From: Tubiluchus corallicola
Lineage: Eukaryota; Animalia; Priapulida
Length of the DNA: 64,000 bases
Assembly: GCA_030141605.1 (NCBI GenBank)
Contig: JAQGDQ010000963.1
Location: 11,654 to 75,653, forward strand
Direction of reading: 5' to 3'
The notes beneath the pieces are model-generated. The model did not search any database. It had not been told where the DNA came from and saw only the letters and a list, made by a program, of their open reading frames with translations. Each line of letters opens with the position of its first letter. Position 1 is the first letter of the stretch. Positions 1 through 45,211 of the stretch are shown here, piece after piece. A program made the translations under genes and the position numbers.

Positions 1-557
1 CAGATCATCACCATCATCATCCAATGAATCAAAGCGTCCAGGGACATGATTCTGTTCACCTCCCGATGCCAGATCATCATCATCATCCAATGAATCACAC
101 GTCCAGGGACATGATTCTGCTCACCTCTCTATGCCAGGACTCCCTACATGCCGCAATGCCCCAAGTGGATTTCTTTCTAAGGATCAATGCTGAAGTGTTT
201 AAATCTTTCTGTGCAAAATCTAAATATGTTAACATTTGTCCTCCTGCAGGTTTTTTAACTGGTTCTATGGCTTGTTGAAGAGCTATCTGGAATCAGGTAG
301 TCTAAGCATATGCCCAATTCATCTTAAACGGCGTCTTAAACACGTCTGCAAAGCATCGAACATTCTAATTTGATTCGAGCGAGTTTTTTTTAGTTCGAAT
401 TCGATTCAATGATGCGAATCATTCTGCACTTCAACTGCGTTCGTTCCTTATTATTAAAATATTTGTAGTATCAAACATTCAGCACAATTTAGCTGTGATC
501 TCTGTGCGTGAATTAAAACGTGTTACTGGTGTTTTTACTGCAGAACAACATCAAGTA

Positions 558-976
558 CAGTAAGTCCCCGCTTAACGACTCTAATGCGCTCCAGCAAAGT
601 GCGACGCTAAGCGAAGCGTTGTTAAACGAAACACAGATTTTCATCGAAATAATGTAAAAGAATTGAGATACGTTCCACAGGCAAAAATCACAGCTGATAA
701 ATCGTACGAATTAATTTCATGAGGGTTATTCATATTTCTTCTGATTAAGTTGTTGATAAAATAAAAATTGGTTTTGAGCAAGTAAAAAAATTGTCGTTAA
801 AATGAAATGTGCGTTGTTAAGTGGAAAAAGGTGTCAAATGTGCAGCCTCGTTGAAATGAAACGTCGCTAAACGGGGCGTCGTTAAGCGAGGACGTCATTA
901 AGCGGAGCGCGTTAAGCGAGGACGTCGCTAAACGGGGCGTCGTTAAGCGAGGACGTCGTTAAGCGAGGATACACTG
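558..976. mobile_element. Tc1/pogo(Tigger)-type MITE
   Basis: TA|CAGTAAGTCCCCGCTTAACGAC ... GTCGTTAAGCGAGGATACACTG inverted ends; internal subrepeats; related copy at 18925-19057. Confidence 0.6.
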
Positions 977-1177
977 AAATGCAAATGGTCTTTGTGAGAC
1001 CGCTTTGTAATAATGATCCGAGAACGCTGAAATCCGTTTTGAGTTGAATTGTCAAAAATTTGACTCAATTCGAATTTGCTTTTTGATGTTGATGTTATAG
1101 ATTGTTTGTAGAAGATCTTATTGTTTAGCATTGCGCAGATGTTATTTATTCGTTTGTTTGTTTGTTTGTTTGTTTAG

Positions 1178-33889
<32,712 letters not shown>

Positions 33890-34112
33890 GTAAGTCTACA
33901 TTGTTATTCGCATCTCGGTGTCGTCTAGTTGTGTGTCTCTGTATTACATAGTTTAAGAAACGTCAACCGACCCAGAGGGGGGTAGGGGCGTCCACTTTGC
34001 AATGACCAATCACTATCAGTTCTCTTGCTGTTGGCAAGACCAGCTTTACCACTAGGCAAACTGGACAGTGGCTTAGGGCACCAAATTCTGGAAGCAATTC
34101 TTTCATTGTTAA

Positions 34113-34569
34113 CCCTTTCAGTCCCAAATTATTTTTTTAATAAGAAAAAATTTTTGGCTTGGTACTTTTGTTCAGTATGTCCATCTTGTTTACACATAAT
34201 AATTATTTTTTCTACCTGTGCCCGCGTGCTAAATATAGCCTGTATCCCACGGGATACATTGGGATTCAATGGAAGCATAAAATGTGCTTCATTTTGCAAC
34301 TGCTGATAATTTTTTAAAGTATTTAAGACATTTAGTATGCACGCTATGCTGATCTGTACAAAGTCGTCTCTAAAGTACTGTACCTTACACAGTTTTTTAT
34401 GCTATGTAGATTTTCTAGTTTGCCATTTTATCACCATTTTAGTCTATTGTTATTGGCTTAAATCAAAATAACTATTAACAGATCAAACAACTGTCATTTT
34501 TAAAATTTTATTAATTTTAAAGGCAGAAAATATTCTCGTATCCCACGGCATACAACGAGTATGAAAGGG
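34113..34569. mobile_element. piggyBac-type MITE
   Basis: TTAA|CCCTTTCA...TGAAAGGG|TTAA. Confidence 0.8.
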
Positions 34570-34944
34570 TTAAATGTAGTATAAGTAATTGCTTAGTTTG
34601 TGTGTATTTTTTTCAAGTGCGCAATACTAACTTAATAAAATGAACATGTTGCGTTCTCTTGCTGCCGACGCGCATGATTCATCGATGCCAGTAATAGCCT
34701 TACCGTCGCAAATCACTTTCTGCTTCTTCTTCATCTAGCTTCCTGAGATAACATCATTTCGCGCGGACATTACGAACGCGTTATTTTTATCATTTATAGT
34801 TAAAACATCTCGACTTTATTAAAACTTTTAACGTACATAGTCAAAAGTCACATCGAACGATTTGACAGAGCTATTGGTGTCATCAGTGGTCAATTTTTTC
34901 AAACATATAAGCAATTTATGTAGGCAGAGCCTACACTATAGAAC

Positions 34945-37292
34945 ATTATGCACTAATTATGTATCTAACAGAAGCCATATAGGTAATGATTAAGCAGACC
35001 AGTAGATAAGAAATTGATACAGTAAATTATGCACTAATTATGTATTTAACAGAAGCCAAATATGTAATGAATAAGCAGACCAGTAGATAAGAAATTGATA
35101 TAGTAAATTATGCACTAATTATGTATTTACAAAAAGCCAAATAGGTAGTGAATAAGCAGACCAGTAGATAAGAAATTGATACAGTAAATTATGCACTAAT
35201 TATGTATTTAACAGAAGCCAAATAGGTAATGAATAAGCAGACCAGTAGAAAAGAAATTGATATAGTAAATTATGCACTAATTATGTATTTAACAGAAGCC
35301 AAATAGGTAATGAATAAGCAGACCTGTAGAAAAGAAATTGATATAGTAAATTATGCACTAATTATGTATTTAACAGAAGCCAAATAGGTAATGAATAAGC
35401 AGACCTGTAGATAAGAAATTGATACAGTAAATTATGCACTAATTATGTATTTAACAGAAGCCAAATATGTAATGAATAAGCAGACCAGTAGAAAAGAAAT
35501 TGATACAGTAAATTATGCACTAATTATGTATTTAACAGAAGCCAAATAGGTAATGATTAAGCAGACCTGTAGAAAAGAAATTGATACAGTAAATTATGCA
35601 CTAATTATGTATTTAACAGAAGCCAAATAGGTAATGAATAAGCAGACCAGTAGAAAAGAAATTGATACAGTAAATTATGCACTAATTATGTATTTAACAG
35701 AAGCCAAATAGGTAATGAATAAGCAGACCAGTAGAAAAGAAATTGATACAGTAAATTATGCACTAATTATGTATTTAACAGAAGCCAAATAGGTAATGAT
35801 TAAGCAGACCAGTAGAAAAGAAATTGATACAGTAAATTATGCACTATGTAAAGAAATTGATACAGTAAATTATGCACTAATTATGTATTTAACAGAAGCC
35901 AAATAGGTAATGAATAAGCAGACCAGTAGAAAAGAAATTGATATAGTAAATTATGCACTAATTATGTATTTAACAGAAGCCAAATAGGTAATGAATAAGC
36001 AGACCAGTAGATAAGAAATTGATACAGTAAATTATGCACTAATTATGTATTTAACAGAAGCCAAATAGGTAATGAATAAGCAGACCAGTAGATAAGAAAT
36101 TGATATAGTAAATTATGCACTAATTATGTATTTACAAAAAGCCAAATAGGTAATGAATAAGCAGACCAGTAGATAAGAAATTGATACAGTAAATTATGCA
36201 CTAATTATGTATTTAACAGAAGCCAAATAGGTAATGAATAAGCACACAAGTAGAAAAGAAATTGATATAGTAAATTATGCACTAATTATGTATTTAACAG
36301 AAGCCAAATAGGTAATGAATAAGCAGACCAGTAGATAAGAAATTGATACAGTAAATTATGCACTAATTATGTATTTACAAAAAGCCAAATAGGTAATGAA
36401 TAAGCAGACCTGTAGAAAAGAAATTGATATAGTAAATTATGCACTAATTATGTATTTAACAGAAGCCAAATAGGTAATGAATAAGCAGACCTGTAGATAA
36501 GAAATTGATACAGTAAATTATGCACTAATTATGTATTTAACAGAAGCCAAATAGGTAATGAATAAGCAGACCAGTAGAAAAGAAATTGATACAGTAAATT
36601 ATGCACTAATTATGTATTTAACAGAAGCCAAATAGGTAATGAATAAGCAGACCAGTAGATAAGAAATTGATACAGTAAATTATGCACTAATTATGTATTT
36701 AACAGAAGCCAAATAGGTAATGAATAAGCAGACCAGTAGATAAGAAATTGATATAGTAAATTACGCACTAATTATGTATTTACAAAAAGCCAAATAGGTA
36801 ATGAATAAGCAGACCAGTAGAAAAGAAATTGATACAGTAAATTATGCACTAATTATGTATTTAACAGAAGCCAAATAGGTAATGATTAAGCAGACCTGAA
36901 GAAAAGAAATTGATACAGTAAATTATGCACTAATTACATATTTAACAGAAGCCAAATAGGTAATGATTAAGCAGACCAGTAGAAAAGAAATTGATACAGT
37001 AAATTATGCACTAATTACATATTTAACAGAAGCCAAATAGATAATGATTAAGCAGATCAGTAGAAAAGAAATTGATACAGTAAATTATGCACTAATTATG
37101 TATTTAACAGAAGCCAAATAGGTAATGAATAAGCAGACCAGTAGAAAAGAAATTGATACAGTAAATTATGCACTAATTATGTATTTACAAAAAGCCAAAT
37201 AGGTAATGAATAAGCAGACCAGTAGAAAAGAAATTGATACAGTAAATTATGCACTAATTATGTATTTAACAGAAGCCAAATGGATAATGATT
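34945..37292. repeat. 81-bp satellite, ~29 copies
   Basis: aaattatgcactaattatgtatttaacagaagccaaataggtaatgaataagcagaccagtagataagaaattgatacagt. Confidence 0.97.
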
Positions 37293-37321
37293 CAGCGTAA
37301 TATTGCTATAAAGTGATATAT

Positions 37322-38539
37322 AATGAACATACTTATATATGTCAGGTGTACATTACGCCAAGAATGAACATACTTATATATGTCAGGTGTACATTATGCC
37401 AAGAATGAACATACTTATATATGTCAGGTGTACATTACGCCAAGAATGAACATACTTATATATGATATGTCAGGTGTACATTATGCCAAGAATGAACAAA
37501 CTTATATATGTCAGGTGTACATTACGCCAAGAATGAACATACTTGTATATGTCAGGTGTACATTACGCCAAGAATGAACATACTTGTATATGTCAGGTGT
37601 ACATTATGCCAAGAATGAACATACTTATATATGTCAGGTGTACATTATGCCAAGAATGAACATACTTATATATGTCAGGTGTACATTACGCCAAGAATGA
37701 ACATACTTGTATATGTCAGGTGTACATTACGCCAAGAATGAACATACTTATATATGTCAGGTGTACATTATACCAAGAATGAACATACTTATATATGTCA
37801 GGTGTACATTACGCCAAGAATGAACATACTTGTATATGTCAGGTGTACATTACGCCAAGAATGAACATACTTATATATGTCAGGTGTACATTATACCAAG
37901 AATGAACATACTTATATATGTCAGGTGTACATTACGCCAAGAATGAACATACTTGTATATGTCAGGTGTACATTATGCCAAGAATGAACATACTTATATA
38001 TGTCAGGTGACATTACGCCAAGAATGAACATACTTATATATGTCAGGTGTACATTACGCCAAGAATGAACATACTTGTATATGTCAGGTGTACATTATGC
38101 CAAGAATGAACATACGTATATATGTCAGGTGTACATTACACCAAGAATGAACAAACTTATATATGTCAGGTGTACATTATGCCAAGAATGAACATACTTA
38201 TATATGTCAGGTGTACATTATGCCAAGAATGAACATACTTATATATGTCAGGTGTACATTACGCCAAGAATGAACAAACTTATATATGTCAGGTGTACAT
38301 TATGCCAAGAATGAACATACTTATATATGTCAGGTGTACATTATGCCAAGAATGAACATACTTATATATGTCAGGTGTACATTACGCCAAGAATGAACAA
38401 ACTTATATATGTCAGGTGTACATTATGCCAAGAATGAACATACTTATATATGTCAGGTGTACATTATGCCAAGAATGAACATACTTATATATGTCAGGTG
38501 TACATTACGCCAAGAATGAACAAACTTATATATGTCAGG
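37322..38539. repeat. 41-bp satellite, ~30 copies
   Basis: atgaacatacttatatatgtcaggtgtacattacgccaaga. Confidence 0.97.
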
Positions 38540-41174
38540 CCCATTCGTTCTTGCTGGCTGATAGTTTCATTGTAAAGTTGCAAGACATCAGTTTGACTTT
38601 CGAGTCGTTTAAACAGAGAATGCAGGCGCCCTAACGCAAGAGGCTTTCCTTCAGGTAAATCTTTAGGAGGGGTACCACCTTTCCACATCCATTTTACATA
38701 GTAACGACCATCTTTGAAATGGATGTTTTCGTTGAACTCCTTCAATGCTAGATCATCATCAGCGATAGTAGGGTCATCTTTAATTCCCAAGTTTTCCAGC
38801 TCCCAGTTTGGTTCTGTTGGTTTTGTTGAAATTCGAGATTCAAATTTTTCCGCACTTTCTATCACCGGAGAATTAGAGTTCACTGGTTCGGCTGACACAC
38901 ATAGGCCCATACAAGATGTCTCATCCACATAAGCTTCGTCAGAATTAGGAATTGTGCATCCACAAAGTAACCTCCCAAGCTTTGACCACCACAAGTATAT
39001 TGAAGGTGCAAGGCAGATTTGAACATTTTCTACCAAGTCGCAATATCCGTTTCCAAGTCCAAATAGGCACTTTCTTTCCAAATGCTAGAAAACACATCGC
39101 TGAATTATGATTATCAGCTTGACAATGAAAGCATGGTTTAGAAAGTGAATGTGACGATGTAGTGCAATGCACTTTTAGACAAACAGTGCACAAGCCCAAT
39201 TGTGTGGCTCTATTTTTTCGTGAAGGAATATCTGGAAACTTCTGACATCTATCTGCCCAATGAGACTGTCCACAGAATATGCATTTACTTCGCTGCTGCT
39301 TTCTTACTATTACCATGGGCATTGGAATCAGCTAGTAAAGTGTGGGCTGCAGACTGGATACCAGACTTTGAGACTGTTGGTTTTTGTTCTGTTTTGCTCA
39401 GTCCTTGACCACCGGGTATTGGAATCAGCTAGTAAAGCATGGGCTGCAGACTGGATACCAGACTTTGAGACTGTTGGTTTTTGTTCTGTTTTGCTCAGTC
39501 CTTGACCACCGGGCATTGGAATCAGCTAGTAAAGCGTGGGCTGCAGACTGGATACCAGACTTTGACACTGTTGGTCTTTGTTCTGTTTTGCTCAGTCCTT
39601 GACCACCCAAGGTTCGAGCATCGATTTCAGTCTTAATCATCTGCTTTAAGGAATCCAGTGTCAATTCCCTGCATTCATTTCGCCGAGCTAAATCTGTTCG
39701 CACGCATAGAGGAAGTTTTGAATACAGCAGTGCTGGAAACATTGTCCGTACGCTAATCTCACCCAGTGATTGTAAAGCACGAAAATGCAACATACAAGCA
39801 TCATGGACTTCCTGTAGTCCTATTATTGTGTCAGGAGCTTCCTTCATTTGGAACAATTTGAGAAAATGCTCTTGACGGACTAATTCTGGTTAATCATAGC
39901 ATTCAGTTAACAGCTCTGCCATATGTCTGTAGCCTTCTGCCGTGGGTTGAAGTCCTTCAACTGTTGTCTTTGCCCTGCCTTCTAGAAAACTTAGCAAATA
40001 ATTTGCGTTATGTATTAGTGAAAGATCATCTCTCTCATGCACAGCAGATTTGAAGGCACCCCAGAAAAAGTTCCATCGCATGGGGTCCCCTTTAAATTTC
40101 TCAATGTGCAGTTGAGGAAGTTTTGCTTTGCAACGTCGTCTTACAGATGTAGCTGCTGAATTAACAGTGACACGGTCATCGTCATTGCTGTCATCATCCT
40201 CAGTAGCTGACGTATTTAACGCTTGACGTGAACCATATGCCTGAGACACAGGTGGCTGAACTACTGTTGGTTTTGTTTCTCTTTCTAGCTCCAACTTCTC
40301 TTGAATCAGCATACGAGATGCATCGACTTGCTCAACAAAAGTTTGGAGTTGATCCAGTAAAGGAAAACTTTCCACTCACAGAGCCTCCTTCTCCATCTCA
40401 TCATCTTTTGTCTCTATTAATTCATCGAAATGTTTTGTTAGTTCAGAGAAGTACCTTTTTATGGATGTTTGTGCTCCTTCTACAGCTGCTCTATGCTGAA
40501 CAAAGGTTTCCTCTGTTGCCAAAAAAGGATTATTGTCACCAAGAACTTGCTGCACATGCTTAGTCAGTTGCTCAACTACTGATATTAGCTTTTTCTTCTT
40601 CTGCGCTCTGGTATCCACTGGCATTTTGCCTTACACTGCAAATAGAACCTTTACAAAACAGCATGCAAGTGCAAAGCCCTCCCCCGCACAAGGTAAAGGT
40701 AAAGGCAACAATATAATACTGTGTTTGATTGAAAATGTCAAAATGCTATAGCAGGCAAACAGGTAGATACCACATAGAAGAGGGTAAAAGGAAAAAGAAT
40801 TTACTGTGGATCAGAAATCAGCATAATGAAAATCATTTTACTCATTGTCCTTCTAAATGTTACAGCATACCCAAGTAGTAGTGGGCACTGGCACCAATGT
40901 GAAAAAGGGACAGTCAATATATGTAGCAACAAACCAAACTGCTTTAGTGACACAAACACTTTATTATTGACTGTCTTTTCTGTACACTATGTTGTGACTA
41001 CTAGATTAAAACCTGTAACAGCTCAAATCAGTTGAAACTGGTTAACCTTGGGCAATGCATGTCAGAAACCAGTCAGGTGAGAAAATGATTCACTGTAGTC
41101 TAACTTGCTGTAAAGTTGTAATGTTGCTAAAATTTATAAAGTTCATAAACAAACTCGTGAATCAGTTCACGACA
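38540..41174 (-). mobile_element. BEL/Pao LTR retrotransposon copy A (5' LTR 40898-41174, gag with stops, ~560-bp deletion of the protease region, truncated at the satellite)
   Basis: Inverted near-identical homologue of 51333-54500; gag motifs KLPQLHIEKFKGDPMRWNFFWGAF..AVH and CIFCGQSHWADRC; TG..CA LTR followed by TGGTGCC PBS. Confidence 0.92.
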
Positions 41175-41339
41175 AATGATGAACATGTGACTTGTTATTG
41201 TAAGGAGTGTTTCAGGGCACTGCAATACTGTATTTTTCACTCTGTTGGCCAATTAATGTTTAGATACATGTAATCTAGGACAAAGTTCTCTTGTGTATGC
41301 TTAGTCATAAAAAAATAATAACATATGAACTGCTAAAGA

Positions 41340-41670
41340 TAGGTAGATTACGCATAGTTTTATAACTACGTATAACAGAGAATAATGAATATACCAGAAA
41401 TGCTGGAGTATCCAAGATGATCTTCAAACTCGGGTGGGAAACACTAGAAATTAGATGCCAACAAACGATACTAAACATTTTTCATGATATAGTGCATCAC
41501 AGGATAGGTATAAATTTACCAACTTACACCGCTGCATCTCTCAAAGATAACAACAAATTTGTTCAGCCATCAGTAAGGGTCAATATTTATTCATACTCCT
41601 ACAGAAGAGCAATACGTTTGTGGAACAAACTTCCATCGGATATCAGAGAAATCACTTCCGAGCACTAGCA
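41340..41670 (+). mobile_element. 3' fragment of a non-LTR (CR1/L2-like) retrotransposon ORF2
   Basis: KLGWETLEIR...YSYSYRRAIRLWNKLP, typical post-RT C-terminus; partial copy at 46590-46810. Confidence 0.65.
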
Positions 41671-43291
41671 CCCTCTGCTGTTTCTACCATGAGTGTGCCA
41701 GCCCATCTAACCTGTCAGTAAATCTAACTGTGTTTTTAGCCTGCACCCACCATGTTTGTTTTGCTTGTTTCACCTCTTTTCATAACCTCTAATACCATCA
41801 CCAGTTAGCGAGTTGATTTTCTCAGCGTGTATACTAACCACGTGCCCCTAAAACTTCTAGTATGTCGTCAAAGACTTTTAGAAGTATGTTATTCAAGACT
41901 TCAAGACCACAGTAAACTCAGTATAACTCAAAATCGCATAACCCATTCTTTCTCCCAACTCAAAGAATTTCAGCACAACCGACAAAATCTTTCATATTTC
42001 CACACAAAAAACTTGAATAAAAAATATGGTCCACTTATTCAAAATACATGTAATTTACCGTACCGTACTCAAAAATGCAATTTATACTCAAAAAAAATAA
42101 AGTTTACTACAACTCAAAAACAGTATCGTCTTCCGGCTGATTGAATAATTGAACTATATACAAACTGCAAGACTTTGGTAGCGACACTGTCATATTGTTT
42201 AACAGTGTTGTGTACTAGTCCTTTTGTAACATCAAAAATCGTGTTTCACTACATAATTTGTTATTATTTATGCAATTGTCATCAAATCTCGTTGTTTATG
42301 TATAGAAGGGTTGATTTTCCGCCTTCTATTTATCTTGCCATCTAGAGGAGGGTTAAGAGTTTTCATACTGCAAAATGGTCAACATTGCTTAACTCAAAAG
42401 CTTTTTTCCTGTCCGGGTGGATTTGAGTTTTGCGAAGTTAATGCATTTCTATTCATGTGAGTTTATTTATGCCAGTGCATAACTGGGAAAATGCCTCTAA
42501 AATAGGGCACTTGTCATCCACGCACGTTATTAAACCGACTGAAAACTCCCGCTATTGTAGGAAGAATGACCGAGTCTTTATTGAAATGGAAGTGGTGCTG
42601 ACAAGCCACTGGCATCGCAGTGTATAATTTTTTGCTGGATTAACTGCTGTGTTTACCTGTCTTTGAAGGCAGATTTCAGAATTCTGCCTGCCCAATGTCA
42701 ACAACTGATGTAACGGGCATATGATGATGATGGATGGATGATGATGATGATATAACTCTTTTTCACTTTTCTTCCCTAATTACCACACACAAATGGAAAA
42801 GCAAAGAAAAACTCTTTTATAAAAGAAAGCGATTCATACTAAATTCAATGTGATGAGGACATTCTAGACAAATATAGGTACAACGATAAAAATTTTTTTA
42901 GTATTGATACGATAATCGATAGTTAGTGATATGTATTGTTATCTTTAATTTCCTTAATTTGTTATCTTATATTCTGACTACCTGGAACTTTGTCAACAAT
43001 TACACACTTCCATAAAAAATACTTTTATAGAATTTTATTGTGTATCAGTACAAGTACAGTACAAATTTAAAGTGCAACATAACATTTTTTAAAAAAGATA
43101 CAAGACTAAAAACTGGGCATGAAAAAATTATAACATTCCTTTAAAAAAAGAAAACAAATAGCAAAATGTGCAAGAAAAAATTAAAACTTTCTTTTAAAAA
43201 AGTAACAGACAGGAAATTGTGTGTAAAAAATTATTATAACATTCAAAGGTAACAATTATTGAAGTTGGCAGCAAACAATAGACTACTAGAG

Positions 43292-45211
43292 TCAGTTTCC
43301 CATTTTGTATCGCTGCTGCATGATAATCATGTAGATTAGGACGCATACGATACCAAACAAAACCAACGCAAAAACCATGAGTATGAGAACTTCGTTCATG
43401 CTAGTCACTGAATCATCTTGCAAGGCCCCTAACCAATCATCGATCTCTTGTACTACATTGGCCTCTACTTCAACTGCACTGCACAAGTCAACTTCACCAA
43501 TTGCTGCATTTCCATCTATGCAGGCAAGGACAACTAAACTGTACTTTCCCAACGGCAAAGTTTTTATCATATCCGTGGCTGTAATGATGCCAGTTCCTTG
43601 CCGAGGAGACTTGATGACAAAGTACTCGTCCATAGTAAGCATTCTAAACTTAACAACGTCTGCAGGTTCTGCGCTTACCACATTATTGTTATTATCGGCC
43701 GAAATGTTTTTCTCAAATTCGAAATCATAAAAGTCCTTTGAGAACTTTGGATTCTCCTTAATTTCCGCCACAACGGTCACCTCAACATCAGCCTCCCTCG
43801 ACCCATCAGCATTTGCAGCCACTGCAACAAAAACATGGACTCCTGGAGTCAGTTTGCTCATAACTGTTATTATACCATAGCCGTCCACTCTAAACTCACT
43901 TACTGATTTGTTAGTCTTTGTCTTCAGACTATAAGAAAACTCCGGGATGTTTGTCCGGGATAAATCTTCGGCTTGGACGAGCAATACGCTCCGTCCTACA
44001 GGAGCACTTCGTACAACTGTAGCTTTGTACAAATTTTGAGTAAATCCAGGGGGTGGTCCTTGAATTTGCACTGTAATGTGTATGCCTGTCATTGCAGTGT
44101 AGTACTCGGGTTCGCCATCCTTCACGTAAGCGGCTTTGACCGGCAGGAAATACTCGCGTTCTGTTATCTTTCCTATTATTTTCATGTCCCCTACACTTTC
44201 CTCTGGCATTTCTTTATTGTCTGCATTGACAAACTGAAAAGGTTTGCCATTAATTTGCAGCTTGTATCTTATGTGTTCATCACTTTTTCCCGATTCGCCG
44301 TCGACGGCAGAAATTCTGTTTGGCTTGACATTTATTATCGTCCCTACTGGGTCATTGTCTTTTATAGTGGCGTAATACATTTCTGCATCAAATACAGGAT
44401 TGAAATGGACATCTGCTACATCGAAAGTGAATACATGTGTGCCTTCATTTGGCCAACGGCCTGCATCACGCATCGTAACTGTGACATTATACTGCGACTG
44501 CTGCTCATAATCTAGTTCCTTGTGCAAGAAAATCTCACAATTGTTGGTACCCTTTTTTGCTTCTGCTTTAAATGGGGAATTTTTGTCGTCGATGGAACAC
44601 TTTGAAAAATAATAGTAGGGAGCTTTCAGATCGTCATCTAGCACCACAAAACTTGCTAACATTGTTCCAATCTCAGCTTTTTCTGAAACAGGATATCTAT
44701 CTCGCGTGTCTCGTGCTGCTCTTGGTGCGTGTTTATTCGCTGATGTTATAGTAACATTCATATTTATGTCAAATTTTTCCTGTGGACGTTTAACTGATTT
44801 GCATTCTATTTTTATTCCCCAGCTTAAGACGGGTGAGTCACCTTGAGTGTTGAGATAGTCTGGTATAGTCTTTGTGTTTCGTAAACTGAATGCATATTTG
44901 TTATTCGCTGAGTTTCCCAAACGAAATAGTTGTTGTGGGTCTGACACTAATCTGAATGTTAGAAGTTTGTAAGTGAGACGAGGTTGTTTACCAAAGAACA
45001 GACTAAAGGTGTTAATATTACGAGTCTCCACAACTTTAAAATAATACTGCGATTTCATTACCTGATCACACCGACTTATATCTATTGCTGTTTTAGTCAC
45101 GACTACAAAACTAAGAAAAACTATCATGGTAAGTACAATATTGTGCAAAATACTGGCCACAGCTTTGCCAGTGAAAGTACGGCTAACATGATCACGCACG
45201 ATCAAATGCAT
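43292..45211 (-). CDS. Cadherin-like type I membrane protein, copy 1 (~639 aa, uninterrupted ORF, ~5 cadherin-like repeats, 8-aa cytoplasmic tail)
   Basis: First ATG 45211 (alternative 45127); hydrophobic signal IVLTMIVFLSFVVV; cadherin motifs VSEKAEIGT, LDYEQQSQYNVTVTMRDAG, DVHFNPVF, AVDGESG; TM VLILMVFALVLFGIVCVLIYMIIM. Confidence 0.88.
   Translation of the reverse strand: MHLIVRDHVSRTFTGKAVASILHNIVLTMIVFLSFVVVTKTAIDISRCDQVMKSQYYFKVVETRNINTFSLFFGKQPRLTYKLLTFRLVSDPQQLFRLGNSANNKYAFSLRNTKTIPDYLNTQGDSPVLSWGIKIECKSVKRPQEKFDINMNVTITSANKHAPRAARDTRDRYPVSEKAEIGTMLASFVVLDDDLKAPYYYFSKCSIDDKNSPFKAEAKKGTNNCEIFLHKELDYEQQSQYNVTVTMRDAGRWPNEGTHVFTFDVADVHFNPVFDAEMYYATIKDNDPVGTIINVKPNRISAVDGESGKSDEHIRYKLQINGKPFQFVNADNKEMPEESVGDMKIIGKITEREYFLPVKAAYVKDGEPEYYTAMTGIHITVQIQGPPPGFTQNLYKATVVRSAPVGRSVLLVQAEDLSRTNIPEFSYSLKTKTNKSVSEFRVDGYGIITVMSKLTPGVHVFVAVAANADGSREADVEVTVVAEIKENPKFSKDFYDFEFEKNISADNNNNVVSAEPADVVKFRMLTMDEYFVIKSPRQGTGIITATDMIKTLPLGKYSLVVLACIDGNAAIGEVDLCSAVEVEANVVQEIDDWLGALQDDSVTSMNEVLILMVFALVLFGIVCVLIYMIIMQQRYKMGN

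Noticed and set aside
34945-38539. CRISPR-like appearance of regular arrays (also 32641-33180 and 57975-58340)
   Set aside because: Units are contiguous with no unique spacers, there are no cas genes, and the context is eukaryotic.
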